Assembly: GCA_050012475.1 (NCBI GenBank) | Contig: JBEKHC010000014.1 | Location: 1-63,290, forward strand | Direction of reading: 5' to 3' | Source: Candidatus Velthaea sp. | Lineage (GTDB): Bacteria; Vulcanimicrobiota; Vulcanimicrobiia; Vulcanimicrobiales; Vulcanimicrobiaceae | DNA length: 63,290 nucleotides | Shown here: piece after piece, positions 20,130-29,939 of the stretch | How the letters are laid out: every line of letters begins with the position of its first letter | Position numbering within the stretch: position 1 is the first letter of the stretch | Made by a program: the position numbers and the translations under genes | Notes under the pieces: model-generated | Seen by the model: the letters and a program-made list of their open reading frames with translations, nothing else | What the model was told of the DNA's origin: nothing | The model's database searches: none

Positions 20130-20152
20130 TATTACACAAACTATTACACAAA
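20130..20152. promoter_or_regulatory. Perfect 11-bp direct repeat TATTACACAAA x2
   Basis: 20130-20140 and 20142-20152, in the AT-rich divergent promoter region between DUF3141 and phaC. Confidence 0.55.
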
Positions 20153-20451
20153 GATGCAGCGCGGAAATGATACGATTTCGGTCCTTTTCATGCGAATTTT
20201 CCTTCACATGTCCGACTAGGCGCTAAAAGATCAGCCGGCGCGGCGTCATCCGCGCTCGCGCCGGCGGCGCGGCCAAGGCGAACAGGTGCAACGAGAGAAA
20301 GCTCTGTCAAACTGCTGTAGAGCGGACGCCGAGGACCACGGCGAACCAAGACTGCGGGCGCCGGCGAACCCGGCACGGTGTCCCGGGTGCCGGATACCGG
20401 ATATAGTGAGGTAGTACACAATGAGCGAACCAACCTCGATCGGGGTGACCC

Positions 20452-22140
20452 GTGTCTGATCACGATCCAACCAACGAACTGGCCGACAGCGCTTCGCGCT
20501 CGATGCTCGGACCCAACCCGTTCATCGGCATTCGGACGGAGGATGTCTTGGCGACGGCCGGCGCCTTGACCAAAGAAGCCGCGGCGCATCCGCTGCTGGT
20601 GCTCGAACAGCAAGCCGCGCTGGTGCGCGAGATCGCGTTGGTCTTCGCCGGACAGTCGACGGTGAAACCGGCCCGCGATGACCGCCGCTTCAGCGACGCC
20701 GCCTGGACGGAGAATCCATTCTATCGGGCGTTCCTGGGCGGATATCTGGCCTGGACGAAATCGCTCGACGAGTTCATCGACAAATCGAGCTTCGACGCAC
20801 GCACCAAAGAGCGCGCGCGTTTCGTGCGGCAGCTGGTGACCGACGCGCTTTCGCCGAGCAACTCGCCGGCCAACCCGGCCGCGGTCAAGCGCGCCGTCGA
20901 AACCGGCGGCGTCAGCATGATCGAAGGCTTGCGGCACATGACGTCCGACATGGTCAACAACGGCGGCATGCCGTCGATGGTCGACAAGAGCGCGTTCACG
21001 CTCGGCAAGAATCTCGCCGTCACCGAAGGCAGCGTCGTATTCCGCAACGACGTGCTCGAACTCATCCAATACCGCCCGCAAACCGAGCAGATCTATGCGG
21101 TCCCGCTGATGATCGTCCCGCCGCAGATCAACAAGTATTACGTGTTCGATCTCTCGCCCGAGAAGAGCATGGTCGACTTTCTGATCAAAGGCGGCATCGG
21201 CAGCTTCGTCGTGAGCTGGCGCAATCCGACCGCGGCGCAGCGCGACTGGGGCATGGACACCTATGTCACGGCGCTCATCGAAGCCATCGACGCCATCAAA
21301 GAGATCTCCGGCAGCCCGAAGGTCAACATCGCGGGCGCCTGCGCCGGCGCTATGACGCTCTCGGCGCTGCTAGGATACTACGCCGCCGGCCGCGGCAAGA
21401 ATCCGGTCAACTCGGCAACTCTCATGGTGGCGGTGCTCGACAGCGAGAGCGAGTCCATGCTCACGATGTTCATGACCGAAGACACGGCCAAAGCGGCGAA
21501 GGCCGCAACCAAGGTCAAGGGCGTGCTCGACGGTTCGGAGATGGGCCGCGTCTTCGCCTGGCTGCGTCCGAACGATCTGGTCTGGAACTACTGGGTCAAC
21601 AACTATCTGCTGGGCAAAAACCCGCCGGCGTTCGACATCCTGGCCTGGAATGCCGACACCACGCGGTTGCCGGCCAAATTCCACGGCGAAATCATCGACT
21701 CGTTCGTCGAGAACAAGTTCAAGCACCCCGGCGGGATGGTCGTCTTGGGACGGCCGATCGATCTGCACAAAGTCACGCTCGACAGTTACATCGTCGCCGG
21801 CATCACCGACCACATCTCCCAGTGGAAGGGCGTCTACCGGACGATGATGATGCTGGGCGGAAAACCCACCATGGTGCTCAGCGCCGCCGGCCACATCCAA
21901 AGTTTGATCAACCCGCCCGCGGATGCGGCGAAGCGGCAGTACTTTCTCAACCCCGACCACGGCGAGGATCCCGAAGAGTGGCTCAAAGCCGCGAGCACGC
22001 ACAAGGGGTCGTGGTGGGGTCACTGGCTCGCGTGGCTCGAACATCGTTCGGGCGATAAAATCCCCGCGCCCGCGCAGACCGGCAGCGCGGTTCACCCGCC
22101 GATCGCAGATGCGCCCGGCACCTACGTACTGGAAAAGTGA
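20452..22140 (+). CDS. phaC: PHA synthase, class II-like (copy 2)
   Basis: Same motifs and length (562 aa) as copy 1; N-terminus NELADSASRSMLGPNPFIGIR parallels Pseudomonas PhaC1. Confidence 0.95.
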   Translation: MSDHDPTNELADSASRSMLGPNPFIGIRTEDVLATAGALTKEAAAHPLLVLEQQAALVREIALVFAGQSTVKPARDDRRFSDAAWTENPFYRAFLGGYLAWTKSLDEFIDKSSFDARTKERARFVRQLVTDALSPSNSPANPAAVKRAVETGGVSMIEGLRHMTSDMVNNGGMPSMVDKSAFTLGKNLAVTEGSVVFRNDVLELIQYRPQTEQIYAVPLMIVPPQINKYYVFDLSPEKSMVDFLIKGGIGSFVVSWRNPTAAQRDWGMDTYVTALIEAIDAIKEISGSPKVNIAGACAGAMTLSALLGYYAAGRGKNPVNSATLMVAVLDSESESMLTMFMTEDTAKAAKAATKVKGVLDGSEMGRVFAWLRPNDLVWNYWVNNYLLGKNPPAFDILAWNADTTRLPAKFHGEIIDSFVENKFKHPGGMVVLGRPIDLHKVTLDSYIVAGITDHISQWKGVYRTMMMLGGKPTMVLSAAGHIQSLINPPADAAKRQYFLNPDHGEDPEEWLKAASTHKGSWWGHWLAWLEHRSGDKIPAPAQTGSAVHPPIADAPGTYVLEK

Positions 22141-22150
22141 GGACATCAAG

Positions 22151-22594
22151 ATGACTGACCAAAAGCCGAAAGACGGCTCGCCGGACATTACCGGCTTACT
22201 CGAAAAGTTCAAGCTGCCCGGTTTCGACGTCGACAGCTTCGTGGCGTCGCGTAAAAGCGACATCGACGCGGTGACAAAGGCGACGTCGGCGGCGTTCAGC
22301 GGTGCGCAGTCGCTCGTCGACAAACAGACCGAGCTGCTCAAGACGGTGCTCACCGAAGTCGGCAACGCTTTGCACACGCTTCCGGCAGACGCAGCGAAGC
22401 CAGCCGAACTTCTGCGCAAGCAGCAAGAACTCGCCAACGAAGCGTTGTCGAGCGCCCTGGCCAGCATGAAAGAGATGGCCGAGACGGTGCGCAAATCGCA
22501 AGCCGAGATTCTCGAGATCGCTTCGAGCCGCGTCAAGAGCAACGTCGAAGAGATCCGCAAATTCGCGAAGCGGCCCGACAACGAGGCAAAGTAA
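22151..22594 (+). CDS. phaP: Phasin (PHA granule-associated protein)
   Basis: FKLPGFDVDSFVASRKSDIDA...AQSLVDKQTELL, a phasin-type helical sequence; GAGGA RBS directly after phaC. Confidence 0.85.
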   Translation: MTDQKPKDGSPDITGLLEKFKLPGFDVDSFVASRKSDIDAVTKATSAAFSGAQSLVDKQTELLKTVLTEVGNALHTLPADAAKPAELLRKQQELANEALSSALASMKEMAETVRKSQAEILEIASSRVKSNVEEIRKFAKRPDNEAK

Positions 22595-22603
22595 CGCCTC
22601 TGC

Positions 22604-23437
22604 GTGGACGTTCGAACGATTGACGTCGCCGGCCGCCGCTTGCGGCTGGCGACTACGGCCCCGAGCCCCGGTACGCTCCCACTGCTCTTCTTCAACGGGA
22701 TCGGGGCCGATGTCGAACTGGTGCGTGCCTTGGCCGAAGAGCTGCGCGCCTTCGGCATCGGCATCATCGTTTTCGACGTTCCGGGTACTGGCGGATCGAG
22801 CTCCCCGGCGCCACTGTATCGCTTCCCCTGGTTGGCAAGGCTGGCCAACGACGTTCTCGGCGCGCTCGGGATCGACGGCCAAGTCGACGTCGCCGGCGTC
22901 AGTTGGGGCGGGGCCTTAGCGCAGGAATTCACCCGGCGCTTTCCGCTGCGCGTGCGCCGGCTCGTGCTGGCGGCCACCTCGGCCGGCACCTTCGCGTTTC
23001 CCGGCCGGCTGACGGCGCTGGCGAAGATGCTCAGCATCCGCCGCTACCTGGATCGCACCTACCTCGCGGGCATCGGCGCCAGCATCTACGGCGGCAAGGT
23101 CAGCCGCGACAAGGCGCTCCTCGCGCGGTTCAACGGGGCGCTGCGCTCGCCGCGCGGCAGCGGCTACTATTTGCAGGTGCTGGCCGGCGCCGGTTGGACG
23201 AGCGCCCTGTGGCTGCACACGCTGGCCCAACCGACGCTGGTGATGATGGGGACCGACGATCCGCTCGTGCCGGTGGCCAACGGTCGCGTCCTGGCCGCGT
23301 TCCTTCCCAACGCGCGGCTGGTCACCATCGACGACGGACATCTTCTGCTCTTGACGAGCGCGCGCGAGTGCGCGCCCATCATTGCCGATTTCCTGGGCGT
23401 CAGCGCCTTGCCGCATCAACCGGCCGCCGCGGGCTAA
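22604..23437 (+). CDS. phaZ: Poly(3-hydroxyalkanoate) depolymerase, Pseudomonas mcl-PhaZ type (copy 1)
   Basis: FNGIGA, FDVPGTGGS, GVSWGGALAQ Ser box, GWTS, DDPLVP, DDGHL. Confidence 0.9.
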   Translation: MDVRTIDVAGRRLRLATTAPSPGTLPLLFFNGIGADVELVRALAEELRAFGIGIIVFDVPGTGGSSSPAPLYRFPWLARLANDVLGALGIDGQVDVAGVSWGGALAQEFTRRFPLRVRRLVLAATSAGTFAFPGRLTALAKMLSIRRYLDRTYLAGIGASIYGGKVSRDKALLARFNGALRSPRGSGYYLQVLAGAGWTSALWLHTLAQPTLVMMGTDDPLVPVANGRVLAAFLPNARLVTIDDGHLLLLTSARECAPIIADFLGVSALPHQPAAAG

Positions 23438-23444
23438 AGGGACG

Positions 23445-24710
23445 GTGGCGCTGGCGCTCCCGCAAGCCGACCTCGAACGCAAACGCGCCGGGCTGCGGCG
23501 CATCAAAATCATCGCCACAAGTTTGCTGCCGGTCATGGCCGCCTTGTTCGTCATCTCGGCGCGCTACAAGGCACACCTGCCGGCGCTGGCGTGGCTCGAA
23601 GCTTTCGCCGAAGCGGCGCTGGTGGGCGGCCTTGCGGATTGGTTCGCCGTCGTCGCGCTCTTCCGCCGTCCCGGCGGCTTGCCGTTGCCGCACACGGCGA
23701 TCATCCCGCGCAACAAAGAGCGGATCGGACGCCAGCTCGGGGAGTTCGTCGAACTCAACTTTTTGACGCCCGAGAACATCCTCGCCAAAGTGCGGACGGT
23801 CGATCTCGCGGGACTCGTCGTCGGCTGGTTCGCCGATCTCGGGCACGCGCAGCGGCTCGTCACGATGCTGCGCGGCGAACTGCCGCGCTTGATCGCCGCC
23901 GTCGATGAACCGGAAATGGAACGCGCGATCGCCCGCGTTCTGAGCGCCGAATTCGAGCAGCTCAACCTCGCTCGCCTGAGCGCGTCGGCGCTGACGTTGC
24001 TCGCGCGCGCCGGACGGCATCAGGGCGTGCTCGACGAGATGCTGCCGCAGCTGGCGAGCTGGCTCGGCGAGCACCGCGAAGAAATCAAACTCCGCTTCCG
24101 GCGCCGTTCGGTGCTCAAGGTACCATGGCTCGACTCGTATGTCGTCGAGCGTTTGATCGACGGCGTGATCGATCTGCTCGGCGAGGTCGCGCGCACGCCC
24201 GATCACGAACTGCGCATCGCGTTCGACGCCTATGTTTGGAGCTGCGTCACACGGCTCAAAAGCGATCCCGCCGCGGGCCGCGGACTCGACGAACTGCGGA
24301 CGCTGATCTTGCGCAGCCGCGCAATCGGTGCGTTCGTATCCGCGCTCTGGCACACGATCAAGGCGCGCGTGGTCGCGGCCGCTGCGGCGCCCGAGTACGC
24401 CAGCGACGCCGTCGTTGCGCGGCTCGTCGGCCGGCTTGCAAACGAAATCCTCGCCGACCGGGCGTTGCTCGACCGGCTCAACGTCAACGTCCTCGCCGTC
24501 ATCGAACGCTCGCTGCGGCAGTCGAAATATCAATTCGCCGCGCTGATCGAGGGAATCGTGCGCAAGTGGGATACGCAGCTCGTCACCGAAAAGGTCGAAC
24601 TCGAGCTGGGTCCCGACCTGCAGTTCATCCGCTTGAACGGGACGTTCATCGGCGGGCTGGCCGGCGTCGCGCTGCATTTCGCGCTCGTGCTCGCGGGCGT
24701 CAATTGCTAA
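23445..24710 (+). CDS. DUF445 family membrane protein (YjiN-like)
   Basis: AEAALVGGLADWFAVVALFR, HTAIIPRNK, DLQFIRLNGT; GTG at 23445 after AAGGG. Confidence 0.9.
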   Translation: MALALPQADLERKRAGLRRIKIIATSLLPVMAALFVISARYKAHLPALAWLEAFAEAALVGGLADWFAVVALFRRPGGLPLPHTAIIPRNKERIGRQLGEFVELNFLTPENILAKVRTVDLAGLVVGWFADLGHAQRLVTMLRGELPRLIAAVDEPEMERAIARVLSAEFEQLNLARLSASALTLLARAGRHQGVLDEMLPQLASWLGEHREEIKLRFRRRSVLKVPWLDSYVVERLIDGVIDLLGEVARTPDHELRIAFDAYVWSCVTRLKSDPAAGRGLDELRTLILRSRAIGAFVSALWHTIKARVVAAAAAPEYASDAVVARLVGRLANEILADRALLDRLNVNVLAVIERSLRQSKYQFAALIEGIVRKWDTQLVTEKVELELGPDLQFIRLNGTFIGGLAGVALHFALVLAGVNC

Positions 24711-24826
24711 TTGCTGACGATCGCGCGCGCCGGGTGACGCCGCGGCTCGCGCCGAAACAGTCGTTCGCGTTCGCGTGCGTCGTCCCGACGTTTCTCGAAC
24801 ACGCCGAATGAATAGGAGTACCTAAC

Positions 24827-25762
24827 ATGGCAGCGGCACGCAAAGTTATCATCACCTGCGCCGTCACCGGCAGCATTCATACTCCGACCATGTCCCCATA
24901 TCTCCCGATCACGCCCGATCAAATCGCGGCCGACGCTGTCGCGGCAGCCGAAGCGGGCGCCTCTATTCTGCATCTGCATGCGCGCAATCCCAAAGATGGG
25001 CGGCCGACGCCCGATCCCGACGTGTTCATGCAGTTTCTGCCGGCGATCAAAGCTTCAACCAACGCCGTCATCAACATCACCACCGGGGGCGGTCACAACA
25101 TGACCGTCCAAGAGCGGCTCGCGGCTCCGCTGCGCGCCAAACCCGAGATGTGCTCGCTCAACATGGGCTCGATGAACTTCGGTCTGTATCCGATGCTCAA
25201 CAAGTATTCCCGTTGGCAATACGATTGGGAGCCGCAATACCTCGAGGCCTCGCGCGACTTCATCTTCCGCAACACGTTCAAAGACATCGAATACATTCTG
25301 CGCGAGCTCGGCGAAGCGCACGGCACGCGGTTCGAGTTCGAGTGCTACGACGTCGGACATCTCTACACGCTCGCGCACTTCCTCGAACGCGGCTTGGTCA
25401 AGCCGCCGCTGTTCGTGCAAACGATCTTCGGCATCCTGGGCGGTATCGGACCAGATCCCGAAAACCTCACCCACATGCGCAGCATCGCCAACAAACTCTT
25501 CGGCGACCAATATCAGTGGTCGATCCTCGCGACCGGCCGTCATCAGATGGGCCTCATCACGATGGGTGCGGTCATGGGCGGCAACGTTCGCGTCGGGCTC
25601 GAGGATAGCTTGTACGCGGGCAAAGGCGCACTCGCGCACAACAACGCCGAACAAGTGCGCAAGATTCGCGAGATTCTCGAAGCGCTCTCGCTCGACGTTG
25701 CCACGCCGGATGAAGCTCGGCGCATGCTCGATCTCAAAGGCTCCGTACTCGTCGGGTTCTAG
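24827..25762 (+). CDS. Beta-keto acid cleavage enzyme (BKACE / Kce / DUF849)
   Basis: IITCAVTG, HLHAR zinc ligands, CSLNMGS, RVGLED; AGGAG RBS. Confidence 0.92.
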   Translation: MAAARKVIITCAVTGSIHTPTMSPYLPITPDQIAADAVAAAEAGASILHLHARNPKDGRPTPDPDVFMQFLPAIKASTNAVINITTGGGHNMTVQERLAAPLRAKPEMCSLNMGSMNFGLYPMLNKYSRWQYDWEPQYLEASRDFIFRNTFKDIEYILRELGEAHGTRFEFECYDVGHLYTLAHFLERGLVKPPLFVQTIFGILGGIGPDPENLTHMRSIANKLFGDQYQWSILATGRHQMGLITMGAVMGGNVRVGLEDSLYAGKGALAHNNAEQVRKIREILEALSLDVATPDEARRMLDLKGSVLVGF

Positions 25763-25864
25763 CGACGCACTGATTTCGCCCTGGACGTCGTCGCTGCGCG
25801 GCTCATTTGCTGAAGCAAACTTCGCCGCTATGGTCCTCGCCAGGACGAAATCAGAGCATCCCTA
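25760..25864. mobile_element. ~105-bp palindromic MITE-like element
   Basis: Terminal IRs TAGCGACGCACTGATTTCG / CGAAATCAGAGCATCCCTA, each end in a CTAG context; reverse complement of 54763-54866. Confidence 0.8.
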
Positions 25865-26280
25865 GGTTCAGGCCGCCGCCGGAGACGCATCGAGCGTGTC
25901 GGGCGGCGGCGAATAGCAGGCCTCCCCCGACGCCATGGCCGGCAATCGACATCAGCCAAAGCGCGCGCTTCGAAGCGGTAGCGCTGCCGTTGCGAGCACG
26001 CTTTCCGCAGTCTGCGGCGCGAGCGGCTATCCCGTAGCCGTCCGGATCAATTGCGGCGCATTCGTGCTGGCGGCCGGCGTCGCCGATGCTCGCGCCGACG
26101 TGATGCAGCGCTTGACGGCGGGCGTTTCGTGCGCATGAAGCGCAGCGTGGCCCCCGCCCGGACTGTTTCTTCCCATCGGCAGTCGCCCGCCGGCGACAGG
26201 TGACCGCGCTGCTGAGGGCAGCGCCGCTTCAACGTGCAGTCGGGGCATGCGCCGATCCGACCAATGTCGCGCATTCGCTC

Positions 26281-26345
26281 TTCACAATTCGCGTTACAAA
26301 GCTCCACGCAGGTTCACCAAACTTTCACAAACCTCGTGGTACGGT
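26281..26345 (+). promoter_or_regulatory. TTCAC-repeat promoter upstream of the hydrogenase operon
   Basis: TTCAC 26281, TCCAC 26303, TTCAC 26313, TTCAC 26324, then 11 nt to TACGGT (26340-26345). Confidence 0.55.
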
Positions 26346-26404
26346 GCAACAAATCTTTTGCGCCACCCATTTCGCGCTCCCAGCCTTTGAGAACGGTGAC
26401 CTTG

Positions 26405-27541
26405 ATGCGCCCGAACGTGGATCTCGATCCCTTAGCGACGCGGCACGCGCGGCCCGGCGGCCTTTCCCGCCGGGCCTTTGCGAAGTTCTGCGGCGCGATG
26501 GCCGCGACACTTGCGCTGCCGATGACGTATTCCACTGCAATCGCCTCGGCGTTGCAGTCCACCAAGAAGCCGGTGCTGGTGTGGCTCGAATTTCAGGACT
26601 GCACCGGCTGCTCCGAATCGTTTTTGCGCTCGGAAGATCCGGCTTTCGGGGAGATCGTGCTCGATCTGTTCACCCTGCGCTATCACGAGACGCTCATGGC
26701 TCCGGCCGGCGCGGCGGCGGAGCGTTCGTTGCGCGAAGTGGTCGACAATCTGAAGGGCAAATACATCGCGGTCGTCGAGGGATCGATCCCGACCGCCGAT
26801 TCGGGATACTGCACGATCGCCGGGCGCAGCGCGCTCGATATCGCCCGGGAAGTGTGCGGCAACGCCGCAGCCACGGTGACCGTCGGCGCCTGTGCCTTCT
26901 ACGGCGGCTGGCCGCGCGCGCATCCCAACCCGACCGGTGCCGTCGGTTTGGGGGAAGCCGTGCCGGGGCTCAAGATCGTCAATCTTCCCGGATGTCCGGT
27001 CAACGGTGCGAACGTCGCCGCGACGCTGGTCCACTATTTGACCTTCGGTGAACTCCCGGCGACCGATCAATTGGGGCGCCCGCTGTTCGCCTACGGACAG
27101 CTCATTCACGACAGCTGCGAGCGCCGCGCCCATTTCGATGCCGGCGAATACGTCGAGAAATGGGGCGATGACGCACACCGCACGGGCTGGTGCTTGTACA
27201 AAGTCGGCTGCAAGGGACCGACGACGCATCACAACTGCTCGATTGCGCGCTGGAACGGCGGAACGAGCTGGCCCATCGGCGCCGGGCACGGCTGCATCGG
27301 CTGCAGCGAACCCGAGTTTTGGGACGCGAACACGCCCTTCTACGATCGGCTGCCCAACGTTCCCGGCTTCGGCGTGCAAACGACGGCCGAACAAGTCGGG
27401 CTGGGGATCGTCGCCGCAACGGCGGTCGGCTTCGGATTGCACGGCGTGGCAGCCGTGGCGGCACATCACGTGAAGCCGCTGCGTGACGAAGACGGGCCGA
27501 TTCCGCCACCCTCCTCGGGCGAAGAAGGTGAAGAAAAGTGA
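26405..27541 (+). CDS. Group 1 [NiFe]-hydrogenase small subunit, Tat-exported, C-terminal anchor
   Basis: Twin-arginine SRRAFAK, CTGCSES, GCP, HDSC, CLYKVGCKGP, CIGC, hydrophobic tail with His. Confidence 0.93.
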   Translation: MRPNVDLDPLATRHARPGGLSRRAFAKFCGAMAATLALPMTYSTAIASALQSTKKPVLVWLEFQDCTGCSESFLRSEDPAFGEIVLDLFTLRYHETLMAPAGAAAERSLREVVDNLKGKYIAVVEGSIPTADSGYCTIAGRSALDIAREVCGNAAATVTVGACAFYGGWPRAHPNPTGAVGLGEAVPGLKIVNLPGCPVNGANVAATLVHYLTFGELPATDQLGRPLFAYGQLIHDSCERRAHFDAGEYVEKWGDDAHRTGWCLYKVGCKGPTTHHNCSIARWNGGTSWPIGAGHGCIGCSEPEFWDANTPFYDRLPNVPGFGVQTTAEQVGLGIVAATAVGFGLHGVAAVAAHHVKPLRDEDGPIPPPSSGEEGEEK

Positions 27542-29253
27542 CACGCATCGCGGTCGATCCGATTACCCGCATCGAGGGTCACTTGCGCATCGAAGCGCAG
27601 GTCGAACACGGCGTCGTCACCGATGCCTGGAGTTCGAGCACGATGTTCCGCGGCATGGAAATCGTGCTCAAAGGGCGTGACCCGCGCGATGCCTGGCTCT
27701 TTGCCCAGCGCATCTGCGGCGTTTGCACGACGGTTCATGCGCTCGCGTCCGTGCGCGCGGTCGAAGATGCGTTGGACATCGAGGTGCCGGCCAACGCGCA
27801 ATTGATCCGCAACATCATCGCCGGCACGCAGTGGGTGCAAGATCACGTCATCCACTTCTATCATCTGCACGCGCTGGATTGGGTCGACGTCGTCAGCGCA
27901 CTCAAAGCCGATCCGCGCGAAACCTCGCGGCTGGCCACGTCGATCTCGCCGTGGCCGAAATCGAGCACCGATTACTTCCGCGGAGTGCAGGGCAAATTGA
28001 GCAAGCTCGCTGAGTCGGGCGCCGATCTTGGCCTGTTCGCCAACGGCTATTGGGGGCATCCGGCATACAAGCTTCCGCCGGCGGTCAATCTGCTCGCGGT
28101 CGCGCATTATCTCGAAGCGCTCGAGTGGCAGCGCGAAGTGATCAAAGTCCAGGCGATCCTGGGTGCAAAGAATCCGCACCCCCAAACGTATCTCGTCGGC
28201 GGCATGGCGATTCCGGTCGATCCGACCAGCCAAGTCGCGATCAACGATCACCGCTTAGCCGAGCAATTGCGTTTGATCCGGCTGGCAAAAACGTTTGTCG
28301 AGCAAGTCTACATCCCCGATTTGCTCGCCATCGGGGCCGCGTACAAAGATTGGGCGAAGCACGGCGCGAGTGCCGGAAACTATCTGTGTTACGGCGACTT
28401 CCCGAGCGGAAACTCGCGCGATCCCAGTTCGTTCTGGATCCCGCGCGGCATCATCGTCAACGGCGACCTGTCGCACGTCGTTCCCTTCGATGAACGGCGC
28501 GTCGGTGAGGACGTCGCGCATGCCTGGTTCACCTACAGCGACTCGGACGCCGTCCCCAAGCACCCCTTAGACGGCCAGACCAACCCGAAATACACCGGGC
28601 CCAAGCCGCCGTATCAGACGCTGCCGACCGACGAAAAGTATTCGTGGGTCAAGGCGCCGCGGTACGACAAGATGCCGATGGAAGTCGGGCCGCTCGCGCG
28701 TTTGCTCGTCGGATACGCTTCGGGTCATAAGCAGATTCGCAGCGCCGTCGACACGACGTGTCACGCGCTGGGCGTCGGCATTCCCGCGCTCTCTTCCACC
28801 CTCGGACGGATCGTTGCGCGCGGCATCGAGACCCAACTGATGGTCGACAAAGTCTTGCAGTGGCACGACGACCTGGTGGCCAACGTCGGCAGCGGCGATT
28901 TGCGCGTGCACAATGGGACGCGCTGGGATCCGGCGACGTGGCCCGCGACCGCGGCCGGCTGGGGTGCCCACGAGGGTCCGCGCGGCTCGCTCGGCCATTG
29001 GATCCGCATCAAAGACCGCGCGATCGAGAACTACCAGTGCGTCGTTCCGACGACTTGGAACGCTTCGCCGCGGGATGCGGCGGGGATTCGCGGTCCCTAC
29101 GAAACCGCACTGCTCGGAACGCCGGTCGCCGACCCGCAGCGACCGTTGGAGATCTTGCGCACGATCCATTCGTTCGACCCGTGCATGGCCTGCGCGGTCC
29201 ACGTGACCGGGCCAGACGGCTCCGTCGCCGTGACCGTCGAGCGATCGGTGTAG
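27538..29253 (+). CDS. Group 1 [NiFe]-hydrogenase large subunit
   Basis: DPITRIEGH, L1 RICGVCTTVH, L2 SFDPCMACAVH plus cleavable tail; GTGA overlap with the small subunit. Confidence 0.96.
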   Translation: MTRIAVDPITRIEGHLRIEAQVEHGVVTDAWSSSTMFRGMEIVLKGRDPRDAWLFAQRICGVCTTVHALASVRAVEDALDIEVPANAQLIRNIIAGTQWVQDHVIHFYHLHALDWVDVVSALKADPRETSRLATSISPWPKSSTDYFRGVQGKLSKLAESGADLGLFANGYWGHPAYKLPPAVNLLAVAHYLEALEWQREVIKVQAILGAKNPHPQTYLVGGMAIPVDPTSQVAINDHRLAEQLRLIRLAKTFVEQVYIPDLLAIGAAYKDWAKHGASAGNYLCYGDFPSGNSRDPSSFWIPRGIIVNGDLSHVVPFDERRVGEDVAHAWFTYSDSDAVPKHPLDGQTNPKYTGPKPPYQTLPTDEKYSWVKAPRYDKMPMEVGPLARLLVGYASGHKQIRSAVDTTCHALGVGIPALSSTLGRIVARGIETQLMVDKVLQWHDDLVANVGSGDLRVHNGTRWDPATWPATAAGWGAHEGPRGSLGHWIRIKDRAIENYQCVVPTTWNASPRDAAGIRGPYETALLGTPVADPQRPLEILRTIHSFDPCMACAVHVTGPDGSVAVTVERSV

Positions 29254-29255
29254 CG

Positions 29256-29939
29256 ATGGATCAACCGCAACCGCAACCCGTCCTTCGGCGCGATGTCGTT
29301 TATGTGTGGCAGATTCCGGTACGTCTCACCCATTGGGTGAACGTGCTCGCGATTTTTGCCCTCAGCGCGACGGGGTTGTACATCGCCTGGCCCTTCTTTA
29401 CCGGCGGCGGCGGCTTCACGATGCGCTGGGCCTATGCTGCTCACATCGTGTTCGGCTGCATTTTCCTGTCCAGCGTCATGTTTCGCGTGTATTGGTCGTT
29501 GCGCGGGAATCGCTGGGCGTCGTACCGGGCGTTCTTTCCGGTCCTCACCAAGGACGGCCGGCGCGGTATGAGGCGCGCGCTGCTGTACTACGTGTTCCTC
29601 CGGCGCGTGCTGCCCGGCGGCGTCGGTCACAACGCGCTGGCGGCGACGACGTACACCTTGGTGTTCTTGCTCTTCATCGTCGAGATCGTCACCGGATTTG
29701 CGATGCTCACCTTCAACTGGGGCGGCGGCTGGCACACCGCGCTGGGTTGGGTTTTCGCGCTGGCGCCGCCTCAGCAGATCCATCTCGTGCATTACATCGT
29801 GATGTGGATGCTGCTCGGATTCGTCGTCCATCACATCTACAGCGCGACCCTGTTCGACATCGAAGGCCGCGAGGGCGAAATTTCGAGCATCATCAGCGGT
29901 TACAAGACCGTGCGCCGTCATGGCGGCAAAATGCAGTGA
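29256..29939 (+). CDS. Ni/Fe-hydrogenase b-type cytochrome subunit (HyaC/HupC-like)
   Basis: VYVWQIPVRLTHW, GHNALA, HYIVMW, HHIY, ISSIISGYK. Confidence 0.9.
   Translation: MDQPQPQPVLRRDVVYVWQIPVRLTHWVNVLAIFALSATGLYIAWPFFTGGGGFTMRWAYAAHIVFGCIFLSSVMFRVYWSLRGNRWASYRAFFPVLTKDGRRGMRRALLYYVFLRRVLPGGVGHNALAATTYTLVFLLFIVEIVTGFAMLTFNWGGGWHTALGWVFALAPPQQIHLVHYIVMWMLLGFVVHHIYSATLFDIEGREGEISSIISGYKTVRRHGGKMQ

Noticed and set aside
20220..20420. Riboswitch (for example cobalamin) in the phaC leader
   Set aside because: No conserved cobalamin, TPP, FMN or glycine core elements found by eye; an Rfam scan would be decisive.
21370..23037. 555-aa minus-strand ORF
   Set aside because: Antisense to phaC, phasin and phaZ; typical high-GC shadow frame.
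26600..26611. O2-tolerant [4Fe-3S] proximal cluster
   Set aside because: The motif is CTGC, not CTCC, and the second supernumerary Cys position is Gly.
29176..29202. Selenocysteine ([NiFeSe]) hydrogenase
   Set aside because: Both L2 cysteines are TGC codons; no in-frame TGA.
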